Below are positions 36,268 through 44,761 of a stretch of DNA of 64,000 nucleotides, piece after piece. The DNA comes from Candidatus Saccharimonadota bacterium (GTDB lineage: Bacteria > Patescibacteriota > Saccharimonadia > QS-5-54-17), in assembly GCA_050486185.1 (NCBI GenBank), contig JBJHCT010000001.1, positions 178,866-242,865 of the forward strand. The letters run 5' to 3'. The translations under genes were made by a program, and so were the position numbers. The stretch's first letter is position 1, and each line of letters begins with the position of its first letter. Under the pieces are notes generated by a model, which searched no databases, was not told the origin of the DNA, and saw nothing but the letters and a program-made list of their open reading frames with translations.

Positions 36268-37084
36268 CTACAACCCCTGCGTGATTATTTGCTAATGCGA
36301 CTGTATCTAGTATATAGCGCTTATTAACATTCGTCACCATCAATTCACTTGATTTAATAGTTGCAATCGATTTTTCTAACCAATCTTGATTACCTGCGTC
36401 ATTCTCTAGCATATATCTAGCGTATAGGACGATTTCATCTAATACTTCCGGTAGGTATTCTTGCAAGTCTTTAGCTGCTTTAAGCCTAGAGCTAGGCTGG
36501 CCACTTAGTAGCTGCTCAATTAATTGGTATCTTTCTAGAACCGCTTCTTTAACCTCTTCATCAGCAAGTATGCTGACTAAACGACCTGGCAAGTATCCAC
36601 TCATAACTAGAGCAGCTTCTAGCATGCCTTGATCAACGTCTTTAAACTCTTCACTAGCCCAATCAATCATTTCAGATTTACTTGGTGGTGGGAAATATAG
36701 GGCTTGGCTGCGTGATCTAATGGTCGGCAGTAACGCATAGAGGTCACTGGTGACCATAATGACAGCTACACTCTCTGGCAGCTCCTCAAGTGTCTTTAAA
36801 AAAGCGTTCTGAGCCGCTGCTGTCATCTTTTCAGCTGATTTAATTAATATATAGACAGTCTCTTTATGCCACTGCTTTAGTTTTAGCTGCTTGGTAAGGT
36901 ATTTAATCCCCTCTACTCCGATAGAGCCTTCCTCACCAAATATCTGCACGTTATTTACTCCTAAAGTCTCAACTATAGAGGAGCTCTTACCTATGCCTCC
37001 TGGCCCATAGACTATATAGACTCCAGGGGTCTTGATAGTATCGAGTACCGCATCGCTCTTAGAATTTAACAACATCATCGGCAC
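36254..37084 (-). CDS. holB: DNA polymerase III delta-prime-like clamp-loader subunit
   Basis: GPGGIGKSS P-loop and TIRSRSQALYF (SRC-type motif). Confidence 0.7.
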   Translation of the reverse strand: MPMMLLNSKSDAVLDTIKTPGVYIVYGPGGIGKSSSIVETLGVNNVQIFGEEGSIGVEGIKYLTKQLKLKQWHKETVYILIKSAEKMTAAAQNAFLKTLEELPESVAVIMVTSDLYALLPTIRSRSQALYFPPPSKSEMIDWASEEFKDVDQGMLEAALVMSGYLPGRLVSILADEEVKEAVLERYQLIEQLLSGQPSSRLKAAKDLQEYLPEVLDEIVLYARYMLENDAGNQDWLEKSIATIKSSELMVTNVNKRYILDTVALANNHAGVVDGGN

Positions 37085-37138
37085 CTATTATATAGCTAAA
37101 AGAGGTAGCAGCCAAAACGGGCTACATTTCTTAGATAC

Positions 37139-37822
37139 TTACAAAGACTGCCAGTAGTTGGCCAGTTCATCTGGTAACTCGCTAGTGTAGCTAACCGACT
37201 CACCGCTCATATCGACAAAAGCGATACTTTTAGCATGCAGAAACTGTCTACTCAAACCCTTGGTCGATACTCCATATATGCGGTCCCCTAGTACCGGGTG
37301 GCCTAAGTGAGCTAGATGCACTCTAATTTGATGAGTTCTGCCCGTTAAAATCCTAACTCCCAGTAAACTTTTACCGTCTTTTTCTTCCAAGACTTCGTAC
37401 TCAGTGATAGCCATCTTACCACCAGATCTGACCTGTCTCTTGGCAGGATCCTTTGGCGATCTAGCTATGGGCCACTCGAGTCTTGCTTGTGGCAGTTTTA
37501 ATTTACCGCTAACAGCTGCTAGGTAGTATTTCTCTACCTGCCGGCTTTTAAATAGGCTTTGTAGGTATTCTCTACTTTTAGTATTTTTAGCAACCAATAA
37601 CACTCCAGAAGTATCTCTATCTAGTCGATGAACTATGCCTGGTCGATCAGAACCTGGATCATCTATTTGATCTGCTAGTATCTCTGCGACCGATAAGCCT
37701 ACTGTATCAGATGAGGCTGCATCAGCTTCCCTGCCAGGATGCACCAACATACCGGCCGGTTTATTTACTACCAGGTAATCTGGAGTTTGAAAGATAATTT
37801 CTAGATTATGAGCCATATACAT
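37139..37822 (-). CDS. RluA-family pseudouridine synthase
   Basis: HRLDRDTSGVLL catalytic motif and GRTHQIRVHL. Confidence 0.85.
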   Translation of the reverse strand: MYMAHNLEIIFQTPDYLVVNKPAGMLVHPGREADAASSDTVGLSVAEILADQIDDPGSDRPGIVHRLDRDTSGVLLVAKNTKSREYLQSLFKSRQVEKYYLAAVSGKLKLPQARLEWPIARSPKDPAKRQVRSGGKMAITEYEVLEEKDGKSLLGVRILTGRTHQIRVHLAHLGHPVLGDRIYGVSTKGLSRQFLHAKSIAFVDMSGESVSYTSELPDELANYWQSL

Positions 37823-37864
37823 CAGCTAGTATAGCAGTTGAAACCTAAGGGCTTTAAGTAGGTT

Positions 37865-38281
37865 CTAACGCTTAGTGAACTGTGGAGCCTTACGAGCTCG
37901 CTTGAGGCCGTATTTCTTTCGTTCTTTGACTCTAGAGTCACGTTTGATGTATCCAGCTCGTTTCAGAGTCGATCTAAGCTGATCGTCCATAGCTACTAGG
38001 GCGTTAGCTATAGCTAGTCTGGCTGCATCGGCCTGGCCACTAATTCCGCCACCTTTAATTACCAAAGTTATGCGGTATTTATCTTCTTTATCAAGTAGTT
38101 TTAATGGCTGAGCGATTCTTTGTGATAGTTCTTCGTGGCCGAAATATTCTTCAGCCTTTTTATCACCTACCCAAATACCTTTATCTCCAGAGCTATATAG
38201 CCTAGCAGTCACTACTGCTTCTTTGCGTCTACCGATTCCGTAATAGTATTTCATATGCTTATGACCTTTCTTTCTTACCAT
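37865..38281 (-). CDS. rpsI: 30S ribosomal protein S9
   Basis: YYYGIGRRKEAV and GGGISGQADAARLAIANAL...KRARKAPQFTKR. The true start may be the internal ATG at 38254. Confidence 0.9.
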   Translation of the reverse strand: MVRKKGHKHMKYYYGIGRRKEAVVTARLYSSGDKGIWVGDKKAEEYFGHEELSQRIAQPLKLLDKEDKYRITLVIKGGGISGQADAARLAIANALVAMDDQLRSTLKRAGYIKRDSRVKERKKYGLKRARKAPQFTKR

Positions 38282-38708
38282 CGAGCTTTAGCTCCTCTGG
38301 TTGCTGAGCTTCGTGAGTATGCTCTGCCCCTGGGAACACTTTTAGTCTCAACATTCTACCGTCCCGTAGTTTATTGCTGGGCAGCATTCCTCTAACTGAG
38401 CTGATTATAACTTGGGTGGAGTCTTTATCTAGCTGCTCACTCAAAGTACGTGACTTGATGCCTCCTGGGTAGCCACTGTGTCTGTAGTAGGTTTTAGCAG
38501 CTAACTTATTACCGGTAGTTTTAACCTTATCAGCGTTAATAACGATAATGTGATCACCACCATCAATATGCGGTGTGTAGCTAGCTTTATGTTTACCCAT
38601 CAAGTATTTAGCAACTACAGTTGATAGTCTACCTAACACTACGTCTTTAGCATCAACAACATACCATTTTCTAGCAACTTCAACCGGTCTTTGTGAGTAA
38701 GTTTTCAT
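38259..38708 (-). CDS. rplM: 50S ribosomal protein L13
   Basis: KWYVVDAKDVVLGRLST...YYRHSGYPGG. Confidence 0.95.
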   Translation of the reverse strand: MKTYSQRPVEVARKWYVVDAKDVVLGRLSTVVAKYLMGKHKASYTPHIDGGDHIIVINADKVKTTGNKLAAKTYYRHSGYPGGIKSRTLSEQLDKDSTQVIISSVRGMLPSNKLRDGRMLRLKVFPGAEHTHEAQQPEELKLDGKKERS

Positions 38709-39238
38709 TATTTATCCTCTTTCTTTTTGGCAGCAGAAGCCTTCTTAGCAGCAGGTTTCTTGGTTGTCGTTTTAGTTGCCGTCTTAGCGGTTGATTTAGC
38801 AGCGGTAGTCTTTTTAGTAGTGTCGGCTGTCTTTGTTGTAGATTTAGCAGTAGTAGCAGGCTTAGTAGCTGGTTTCTTGCTGTCTTCTTTAACAAAGCTA
38901 ATTGTAGCCATCTCGGTATTATCACCTCTGCGCCAACCGGCCGACTCAATCCTTAGATATCCGCCAGGTCTAGTCTTAAACCTAGGTCCTAAATCAGAAA
39001 ACAACTTATCTAGTGACTCTTTGGTGCTGATTTTACTCAAAACCAATCTGCGGTTGTGTTGGTTATCAACCTTAGCTTTAGTTATCAGCTTCTCAACGTA
39101 AGGTCTTAGAGCCTTAGCTTTAGGCTTAGTGGTCTTAATACTCTCATGAGTTATTAGAGACTCAGTTAAAGTCTTTAATAGGGCTCGGCGCTGATCGCGC
39201 TTTCTGGATAGTTTATGTCTTTGCGCTGGCAGTGACAT
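38708..39238 (-). CDS. rplQ: 50S ribosomal protein L17 with about 60-aa K/T/A-rich C-terminal tail
   Basis: HRRLVLSK and GGYLRI L17 core, followed by a low-complexity tail. Confidence 0.9.
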   Translation of the reverse strand: MSLPAQRHKLSRKRDQRRALLKTLTESLITHESIKTTKPKAKALRPYVEKLITKAKVDNQHNRRLVLSKISTKESLDKLFSDLGPRFKTRPGGYLRIESAGWRRGDNTEMATISFVKEDSKKPATKPATTAKSTTKTADTTKKTTAAKSTAKTATKTTTKKPAAKKASAAKKKEDK

Positions 39239-40146
39239 TATTTTAGCTCCAGTTCCTTTAGCTTACTTATAACTTCATCTAGGGCCTTAGCGCCGAAGCC
39301 CTTTAGGCCTTTAAGGTCAGAATCATTCATGGCAGCTAGTTGCTTCAGTGTGACTACACCGTTTTTCTCTAATGCATTGAAAGTGCGTTGTGAAAAGTCT
39401 AGATCAGCTACGCTGATGTTTAGATCTTCTGGCTCTTCTTCTGGCTCTTCTACTTCGGCTACAGCATTGCCACCGGCTATGACGTTGAATTGGTTAACTA
39501 GGATAGTAGAGGCTTGTTCTAAGGTGTCTCTAGGATCGATAGTACCATCAGTTTCTATACTGATAATTAGCTTGTCTAGGTCGGTAACTTGTCCGACACG
39601 AGTGTTCTCTACCTTGTATCTAACCTTTTTGATAGGTGAGAATAGGGCATCAAGTCCGATCATGCCTACACCAAAGTTTCCAGCCTGCTCATCAACTGTC
39701 TGATAACCGCGGCCTTTCTCTACCTGTAAGCTCATCTCTAGTTTAGATTTGTCGTTATCTAAAGTAGCAATGATTTGATCAGGGTTGACTACTTCAACCT
39801 CAGAACTACCTTCTAAATCAGCAGCCGTTACAGGGCCTTTGCCCTTTTTGCTGATTTTAAGAGTTTGTGGTTCATCGCTGTAGACTTTGAATCTAATCTT
39901 CTTTAGGTTCAAGCTGATGATCACTACATCTTCTTTAACACCATTTAGAGTGGTGAACTCATGGGTTGCTCCATCAACACTAAAGGCAGTAGCTGCTGCA
40001 CCGCTTAGTGAGGAAAGTAGCACTCGACGCAGTGAGTTGCCGATAGTAACACCGAAACCCCTGTGTAAAGGCTCGATAGTGTACTCACCGACAAAATCGC
40101 TTTCGTCTATAATCTTAACTTCTGGCAAATGAATATTGTATTGCAT
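39238..40146 (-). CDS. rpoA: DNA-directed RNA polymerase subunit alpha
   Basis: PLHRGFGVTIGNSLRRVLLSS N-terminal domain and C-terminal domain with RTFNALEKNGV. Confidence 0.95.
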   Translation of the reverse strand: MQYNIHLPEVKIIDESDFVGEYTIEPLHRGFGVTIGNSLRRVLLSSLSGAAATAFSVDGATHEFTTLNGVKEDVVIISLNLKKIRFKVYSDEPQTLKISKKGKGPVTAADLEGSSEVEVVNPDQIIATLDNDKSKLEMSLQVEKGRGYQTVDEQAGNFGVGMIGLDALFSPIKKVRYKVENTRVGQVTDLDKLIISIETDGTIDPRDTLEQASTILVNQFNVIAGGNAVAEVEEPEEEPEDLNISVADLDFSQRTFNALEKNGVVTLKQLAAMNDSDLKGLKGFGAKALDEVISKLKELELK

Positions 40147-40168
40147 ATATTTCTCCTTCTTTTCTTGC

Positions 40169-40774
40169 TTATCTTGAGTAAAACTCTACTATTAATTGTT
40201 CATTGATCTCAGGCTCTGCCTCATCACGATTAGGTAGACCTGTTACTTTAGCGCTCATCTTACTTTTATTAAAAGAAAGCCAACTTAATTCTGGAGATCC
40301 TTCAATAGTAAGTGACTGGAAGTAAGTGTTTTTCGCACTTTTCGGTCTAATCGTAATCTCATCACCTGGCCTGACTCTAATAGAAGGTATATCTACGCGG
40401 CGTCCATTAAGCATAATGTGGCCATGAGTAACTAGCTGACGAGCTGATTGACGAGAAGTAGCTAGTTGCAGCCTATAAACTACATTATCTAGACGTCTTT
40501 CTAGGTATTGCAATATCAATTCACCGGTTACGCCTTCGCCTTTTTCGGCCTCTTTAACTAATTTACGGAACTGCTTTTCAAGTAGTCCATAGATTCTTTT
40601 GACCTTCTGCTTTTCACGTAACTGCGTAGCATACTGGGTAGGCTTTGATCTTCTAGCACCGGCATTTTCTCCCGGTAGGGACTTTCGCTTGGCCATAATC
40701 TTGTGAGCTTTAGGATGCAAAGCTACACCTTCTCTACGACTTCTTTTAGCAATCGGCATTAAATCTCTAGCCAT
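40169..40774 (-). CDS. rpsD: 30S ribosomal protein S4
   Basis: YATQLREKQKVKRIYG and S4 domain (RLDNVVYRL...ARQLVTHGHI). Confidence 0.95.
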   Translation of the reverse strand: MARDLMPIAKRSRREGVALHPKAHKIMAKRKSLPGENAGARRSKPTQYATQLREKQKVKRIYGLLEKQFRKLVKEAEKGEGVTGELILQYLERRLDNVVYRLQLATSRQSARQLVTHGHIMLNGRRVDIPSIRVRPGDEITIRPKSAKNTYFQSLTIEGSPELSWLSFNKSKMSAKVTGLPNRDEAEPEINEQLIVEFYSR

Positions 40775-40777
40775 ATC

Positions 40778-41173
40778 TTAAACCCTTCTAGCCTTTCTAG
40801 GCCTACAGCCGTTGTGTGGCACACCTGTAACGTCTTTGATACTAGTTACATTGATATCAGTATTCATCAGCGCTCTAATGGCTGCTTCTCGGCCCTGGCC
40901 AATACCTTTAACAAACACCTGAACCTGCTTCATACCGAAAGGCTTAACTTTCTCAGCAGCATTCTCACTAGCTAGCTGGGCGGCATAGGCAGTGCCCTTA
41001 CGAGATCCTTTAAAACCACTAGCACCAGCTGAGGAAGAAGCTAGTGTATTACCCTTGTTATCGGTAAAAGTAACTATGGTGTTATTAAAACTAGCGAAAA
41101 CATGCACCTGGCCGGTTGGGACAGATTTCTTCTGCTTTGCTTTAGTAGTAGTCTTTTTTGTAGCTTGAGCCAT
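40778..41173 (-). CDS. rpsK: 30S ribosomal protein S11
   Basis: [15 protein letters not shown]...[16 protein letters not shown]. Confidence 0.95.
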   Translation of the reverse strand: MAQATKKTTTKAKQKKSVPTGQVHVFASFNNTIVTFTDNKGNTLASSSAGASGFKGSRKGTAYAAQLASENAAEKVKPFGMKQVQVFVKGIGQGREAAIRALMNTDINVTSIKDVTGVPHNGCRPRKARRV

Positions 41174-41205
41174 TAAATATTACCTCTTTTATACCTTTCT
41201 TGATC

Positions 41206-41592
41206 TTAAGTTGGCGTTGGAGCCTTATTTTTCGCACCACCAACTGTCATTCTCTTGCCTCGTTTAGTTCTAGCGTTGGTCTTGGTTCTTTGTCCTCGTA
41301 CCGGTAGTCCTGCTTTGTGTCTCATACCTCTGTATGAGTTGATTTCTCGAAGACGAGAAATACTAACTCTAATACGTTGAGCAAGATCTCCCTCAACTTC
41401 GTAATCTTTATCGATAATTTCACGGATCTTACTTAGCTCTGTTTCTGATAAATCTTTGATTCTGACATTCTCATCTACTTTAGCTTTAGCTAGTATCTTT
41501 TGAGAGTTTGCTCTACCAATGCCGTAAACGTATGTCAGCGCAATAACTGCTCTTTTATCATCTGGAATGTTAACTCCTGCTATTCTAGCCAT
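41206..41592 (-). CDS. rpsM: 30S ribosomal protein S13
   Basis: [14 protein letters not shown]...[23 protein letters not shown]. Confidence 0.95.
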   Translation of the reverse strand: MARIAGVNIPDDKRAVIALTYVYGIGRANSQKILAKAKVDENVRIKDLSETELSKIREIIDKDYEVEGDLAQRIRVSISRLREINSYRGMRHKAGLPVRGQRTKTNARTKRGKRMTVGGAKNKAPTPT

Positions 41593-41595
41593 TTT

Positions 41596-41709
41596 TTATC
41601 CTTGCCTCTGCTTATGTTTAGGGTTTACGCATATAACACGCACCACGCCCTCACGGCGAATAACTTTGCATCTGGCGCAAATCTTCTTGACGCTAGCTTG
41701 AACTTTCAT
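41596..41709 (-). CDS. rpmJ: 50S ribosomal protein L36
   Basis: Not in the ORF track (37 aa). Hand translation gives [37 protein letters not shown]. Confidence 0.9.
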   Translation of the reverse strand: MKVQASVKKICARCKVIRREGVVRVICVNPKHKQRQG

Positions 41710-41727
41710 ATTAAGCGTTTAAACCCC

Positions 41728-41949
41728 TTATTTATGTCTATAGGTGATTCTGCCCTTCTCTAGATCGTAAGGTGTCATTTCAACTGTCACCTTGTCCCCG
41801 GGCACAATCTTGATGTAGTGCATTCTCATTTTTCCAGCAATAATGCCTGTTATCTCGTGTCCGTTTTCTAAACGCACACGAAACATTGCGTTTGGCAACG
41901 TTTCTAGAATTGTTCCTTCAAATTCTACAACCTGCTTTTTGCTGGCCAT
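41728..41949 (-). CDS. infA: translation initiation factor IF-1
   Basis: [25 protein letters not shown]...[16 protein letters not shown]. Confidence 0.95.
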   Translation of the reverse strand: MASKKQVVEFEGTILETLPNAMFRVRLENGHEITGIIAGKMRMHYIKIVPGDKVTVEMTPYDLEKGRITYRHK

Positions 41950-41980
41950 AAGCTACAAGACTCCATTATAAGTAGTGGAC

Positions 41981-41998
41981 AGGGGTTTGTAAACCCCT
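41981..41998. repeat. 18-nt palindromic motif aggggtttgtaaacccct (copy 1)
   Basis: An identical 18-mer recurs at 59277-59294. It can form a GC-clamped hairpin. It lies 32 nt upstream of the infA ATG, before a tataat and ggag. Confidence 0.7.
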
Positions 41999-42206
41999 AT
42001 TTCACAACTTTTTTTATTTGTATTAATTAGCACTATATCACTAGTGGTAGGGATTTGCAAGGATATTAGTTTTGGATAAGCAAAGAATATGTGCTTAATT
42101 AATATCTGGAAATCTTGGATTTGAATAGTGATTACTCTAACGCAACACTCCTGGATCTCTCGCTAGAAGGAGGGTAATACCGTTATTGTTGGCATTTAAA
42201 CCACCA

Positions 42207-42866
42207 CTACATCTTCTCTGCAACAACAGTAATTACCCGATTCCTAAAAGTACTAGTGGCCGAAGATGTCGCATACTTTGCGGTAAACGTAGTAGTACCG
42301 GGGTTCAGCCCGCTAAGCAAAAACGTTCTGGAAGCCGTACCATGTCCTGACCCGGCCCAGGAATTCCCTATAGCACTACGGCTTTGCGCTGTCAGCCCTC
42401 CCCAAGTATCCCCAGCGGCGTATGTATTTGTTCCAGTCGCTGCAAGGTTCATTGACGTCACAACACCAGCACCCGAACCCCACATAAAGGCACTCAGCGA
42501 TACCAGGACTTTACCAGATGCTGGTACGTCGATTTCAATAGAAGGACCAACAGTGGCTAAATCAGTAAAAGATGTGCTAGTGGTTGACTCTTGTGCTGCT
42601 GTTTCTGAACCCTCGAAGCTTATTCCAGACTCTTCAACCACCCCATCTACATAACTCTTGTTAGCTACATCAGTATTATTGACTGGATCTTCTACTTGCA
42701 GCCTACCCCATTCATCATAAGCTGCTAGTCTACTTCCTCCTGCTGTTTCTCCATCATGTACTCTAAGAGTCTTATTAGTAGTATCTACTGTAACTTCACG
42801 GCTTACTCCAGTGAAGCTATCGTTATCGTTTGCTGTACCACCTCTTAGTTGGACTTGGTCGGGCAT
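42207..42866 (-). CDS. tail-fibre-like protein, Mtd-N-like N-terminal module + unique C-terminal domain (paralog P5)
   Basis: MPDQVQLRGGTANDNDSFTGVSREVTVDTTNKTLRVHDGETAGG. Located between secY and infA. Confidence 0.8.
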   Translation of the reverse strand: MPDQVQLRGGTANDNDSFTGVSREVTVDTTNKTLRVHDGETAGGSRLAAYDEWGRLQVEDPVNNTDVANKSYVDGVVEESGISFEGSETAAQESTTSTSFTDLATVGPSIEIDVPASGKVLVSLSAFMWGSGAGVVTSMNLAATGTNTYAAGDTWGGLTAQSRSAIGNSWAGSGHGTASRTFLLSGLNPGTTTFTAKYATSSATSTFRNRVITVVAEKM

Positions 42867-42912
42867 GGTGTTAGTTACTCTTTCTAAATCCTTATGGATT
42901 ACTGTTGTCTTT

Positions 42913-42942
42913 ATATTAGGTTAGTAGAGTAGGTTTAGTCAA
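42913..42942 (-). promoter_or_regulatory. putative sigma70-type promoter of P5
   Basis: Minus strand reads TTGACT (42942-42937) - 18 nt - TAATAT (42918-42913). It begins 6 nt after the secY stop. Confidence 0.35.
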
Positions 42943-42948
42943 CGCTAT

Positions 42949-44256
42949 CTACTTATAACTAGCGTTAATAATCTGTGAGTCGATTTGGCGCAAGCTTTCG
43001 ATACTAACACTGACTACAATCAATAGCCCTGTACCACCAAAGGTTAGAGCTTGTGATCCGGTGATGTATTCACCTATAAAGGGCAGTACAGCTATAAAGC
43101 CTAGGGAGATAGCTCCAAAGAGAGTAATCCTATTAACGATCTTCCTTAGATACTCCTCTGTTTGTTTACCGGGCCTAATACCGGGTATAAAGCCGCCTTG
43201 TTTTTGCAAGTTCTCAGCAATGTCGACTGGATTGAAGACTATACCGGTATAGAAGTAAGTAAAAGCTACTACTAAGCCAAAGTAGGTGAAAGCATAGATC
43301 ATATTGGATGGATCAAACCATACAGTTAAGTTAGTAGCTAGTGTTGCTAGCCAAGCTGCATCGGCATTAGCTAGAATCTGACCGATAAAGGCCGGTAAGG
43401 ACAGGAAGGCTACTGCAAATATGATTGGGATTACACCGGCCGTTAGAATACGGATAGGAAGCTCTGATTCCACCCCGCCATAGCCGCTGTTTTGCATCCG
43501 CTTAGCATAGGAGACTTTAACGATTCTCCTAGCCTCATTGAGCTTAACGATATAGTAAGTGATGATGAGCGAGGCGATTACAAAGAAGCCGACCTGCAGA
43601 ATTTCAGTAGTTGAGGCTTGAACTATCGAAACAGCCTGACCGAAGACACCTGGCAATTGAGCGATGATAGAGGCGGCAATCAATATAGATATACCATTAC
43701 CTACACCCTTCTCACTAATTAACTCACCCATCCACATCAGTAGCATCGAACCGGCCACCATAACTGTAATCATCAACACCCACTCATAGGCACTAGGATT
43801 ACCAATAATATCGGTCTGGCCCACCTGGATAGCTAATTGTCTAATAAAGAAGACGGTACCGATAGATTGGCCGATAGCTAATGGCAAGGTTAGATACCGA
43901 GTATATTGATTGATCTTGCGTCTACCCTCTTCACCCTCTTTTTTCAACTCCGAGAACTTTGGCACCACCTGGGTAAGTATCTGCATGATAATTGAGGCAT
44001 TAATATATGGGCCTAGACCCATTAGAGCAATCGAGAAGTTCGCTACCGCACCACCGGAAAATAGATCAACTAAGCCAAATAGACGATTGCTAGATAGTAG
44101 ATCAGTTAAAAAGTTACTTAAAGTCGCACTATCGGCAAAAGGAATAGGTACATGGGCCATAATCCTGTAGATTAATACCATAAAAAAGACCGCTAGGATT
44201 TTGTTACGTAAATCCTTATTGGTTAAAACGGATTTGAGTATCCTGTTGCCCTCCAT
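42949..44256 (-). CDS. secY: preprotein translocase subunit SecY
   Basis: 435 aa with 10 TM helices. GLGPYINASIIMQIL and conserved operon position. Confidence 0.95.
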   Translation of the reverse strand: MEGNRILKSVLTNKDLRNKILAVFFMVLIYRIMAHVPIPFADSATLSNFLTDLLSSNRLFGLVDLFSGGAVANFSIALMGLGPYINASIIMQILTQVVPKFSELKKEGEEGRRKINQYTRYLTLPLAIGQSIGTVFFIRQLAIQVGQTDIIGNPSAYEWVLMITVMVAGSMLLMWMGELISEKGVGNGISILIAASIIAQLPGVFGQAVSIVQASTTEILQVGFFVIASLIITYYIVKLNEARRIVKVSYAKRMQNSGYGGVESELPIRILTAGVIPIIFAVAFLSLPAFIGQILANADAAWLATLATNLTVWFDPSNMIYAFTYFGLVVAFTYFYTGIVFNPVDIAENLQKQGGFIPGIRPGKQTEEYLRKIVNRITLFGAISLGFIAVLPFIGEYITGSQALTFGGTGLLIVVSVSIESLRQIDSQIINASYK

Positions 44257-44281
44257 GAATATGGACTCCTACCTTTAAGCT

Positions 44282-44761
44282 TTAAGTTACTTTGCTTTCT
44301 TCTGTCTTCTTGGGTTTCTCTGCTGTTTTAACTTTCTCTATGCTACCACCGGCCGACTCTATAGCTTCTTTGGCGGTCTTAGACATTTTAGCCAAGCTAA
44401 CTTTTAGTGATTTTTCTAATTTACCCCTATTGAGTAGCTTAACATCTATCGCCTTATCACTCACTAGTCCTGCACTAATTAGAGCCTGCTTATCAACCAC
44501 GCTTCCAGCTTTAAACTGGTTCAACTGATCGGTGTGGACTACCGCCGGCTTAGCTCTGTTAGATTTAAATCCCCGGCTCTTAGGTATTCTCTTTAGTAGT
44601 GGGTTCTGACCACCCTCAAAGCCTGGACGAGTACCGCCACCGGTTCGAGCGTTTTGACCCTTAGTACCACGTCCGGCCGTTTTGCCACGACCACTACCTG
44701 TGCCGCGTCCGACTCGTCTGGCTTTTTTGCTGCTTTTAGCTTTTAGTTCGTGGTACTTCAT
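44282..44761 (-). CDS. rplO: 50S ribosomal protein L15
   Basis: RVGRGTGSGRGKTAGRGTKGQ. Confidence 0.95.
   Translation of the reverse strand: MKYHELKAKSSKKARRVGRGTGSGRGKTAGRGTKGQNARTGGGTRPGFEGGQNPLLKRIPKSRGFKSNRAKPAVVHTDQLNQFKAGSVVDKQALISAGLVSDKAIDVKLLNRGKLEKSLKVSLAKMSKTAKEAIESAGGSIEKVKTAEKPKKTEESKVT

Noticed and set aside
38680-39101. ORFs 38680-38949 (-) and 38727-39101 (+) overlapping rplQ
   Set aside because: These are alternative-frame or antisense readings of the low-complexity K/T/A-tail repeat of L17. There is no independent support.
15828-42866. Diversity-generating retroelement (DGR) targeting the Mtd-N-like paralogs
   Set aside because: The window has no reverse transcriptase ORF. 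I could find no template-repeat/variable-repeat pair, meaning a near-identical 100-150-nt copy differing at adenines. None of the C-termini shows a CLec-type pattern. The DGR idea can only be tested on the whole genome.
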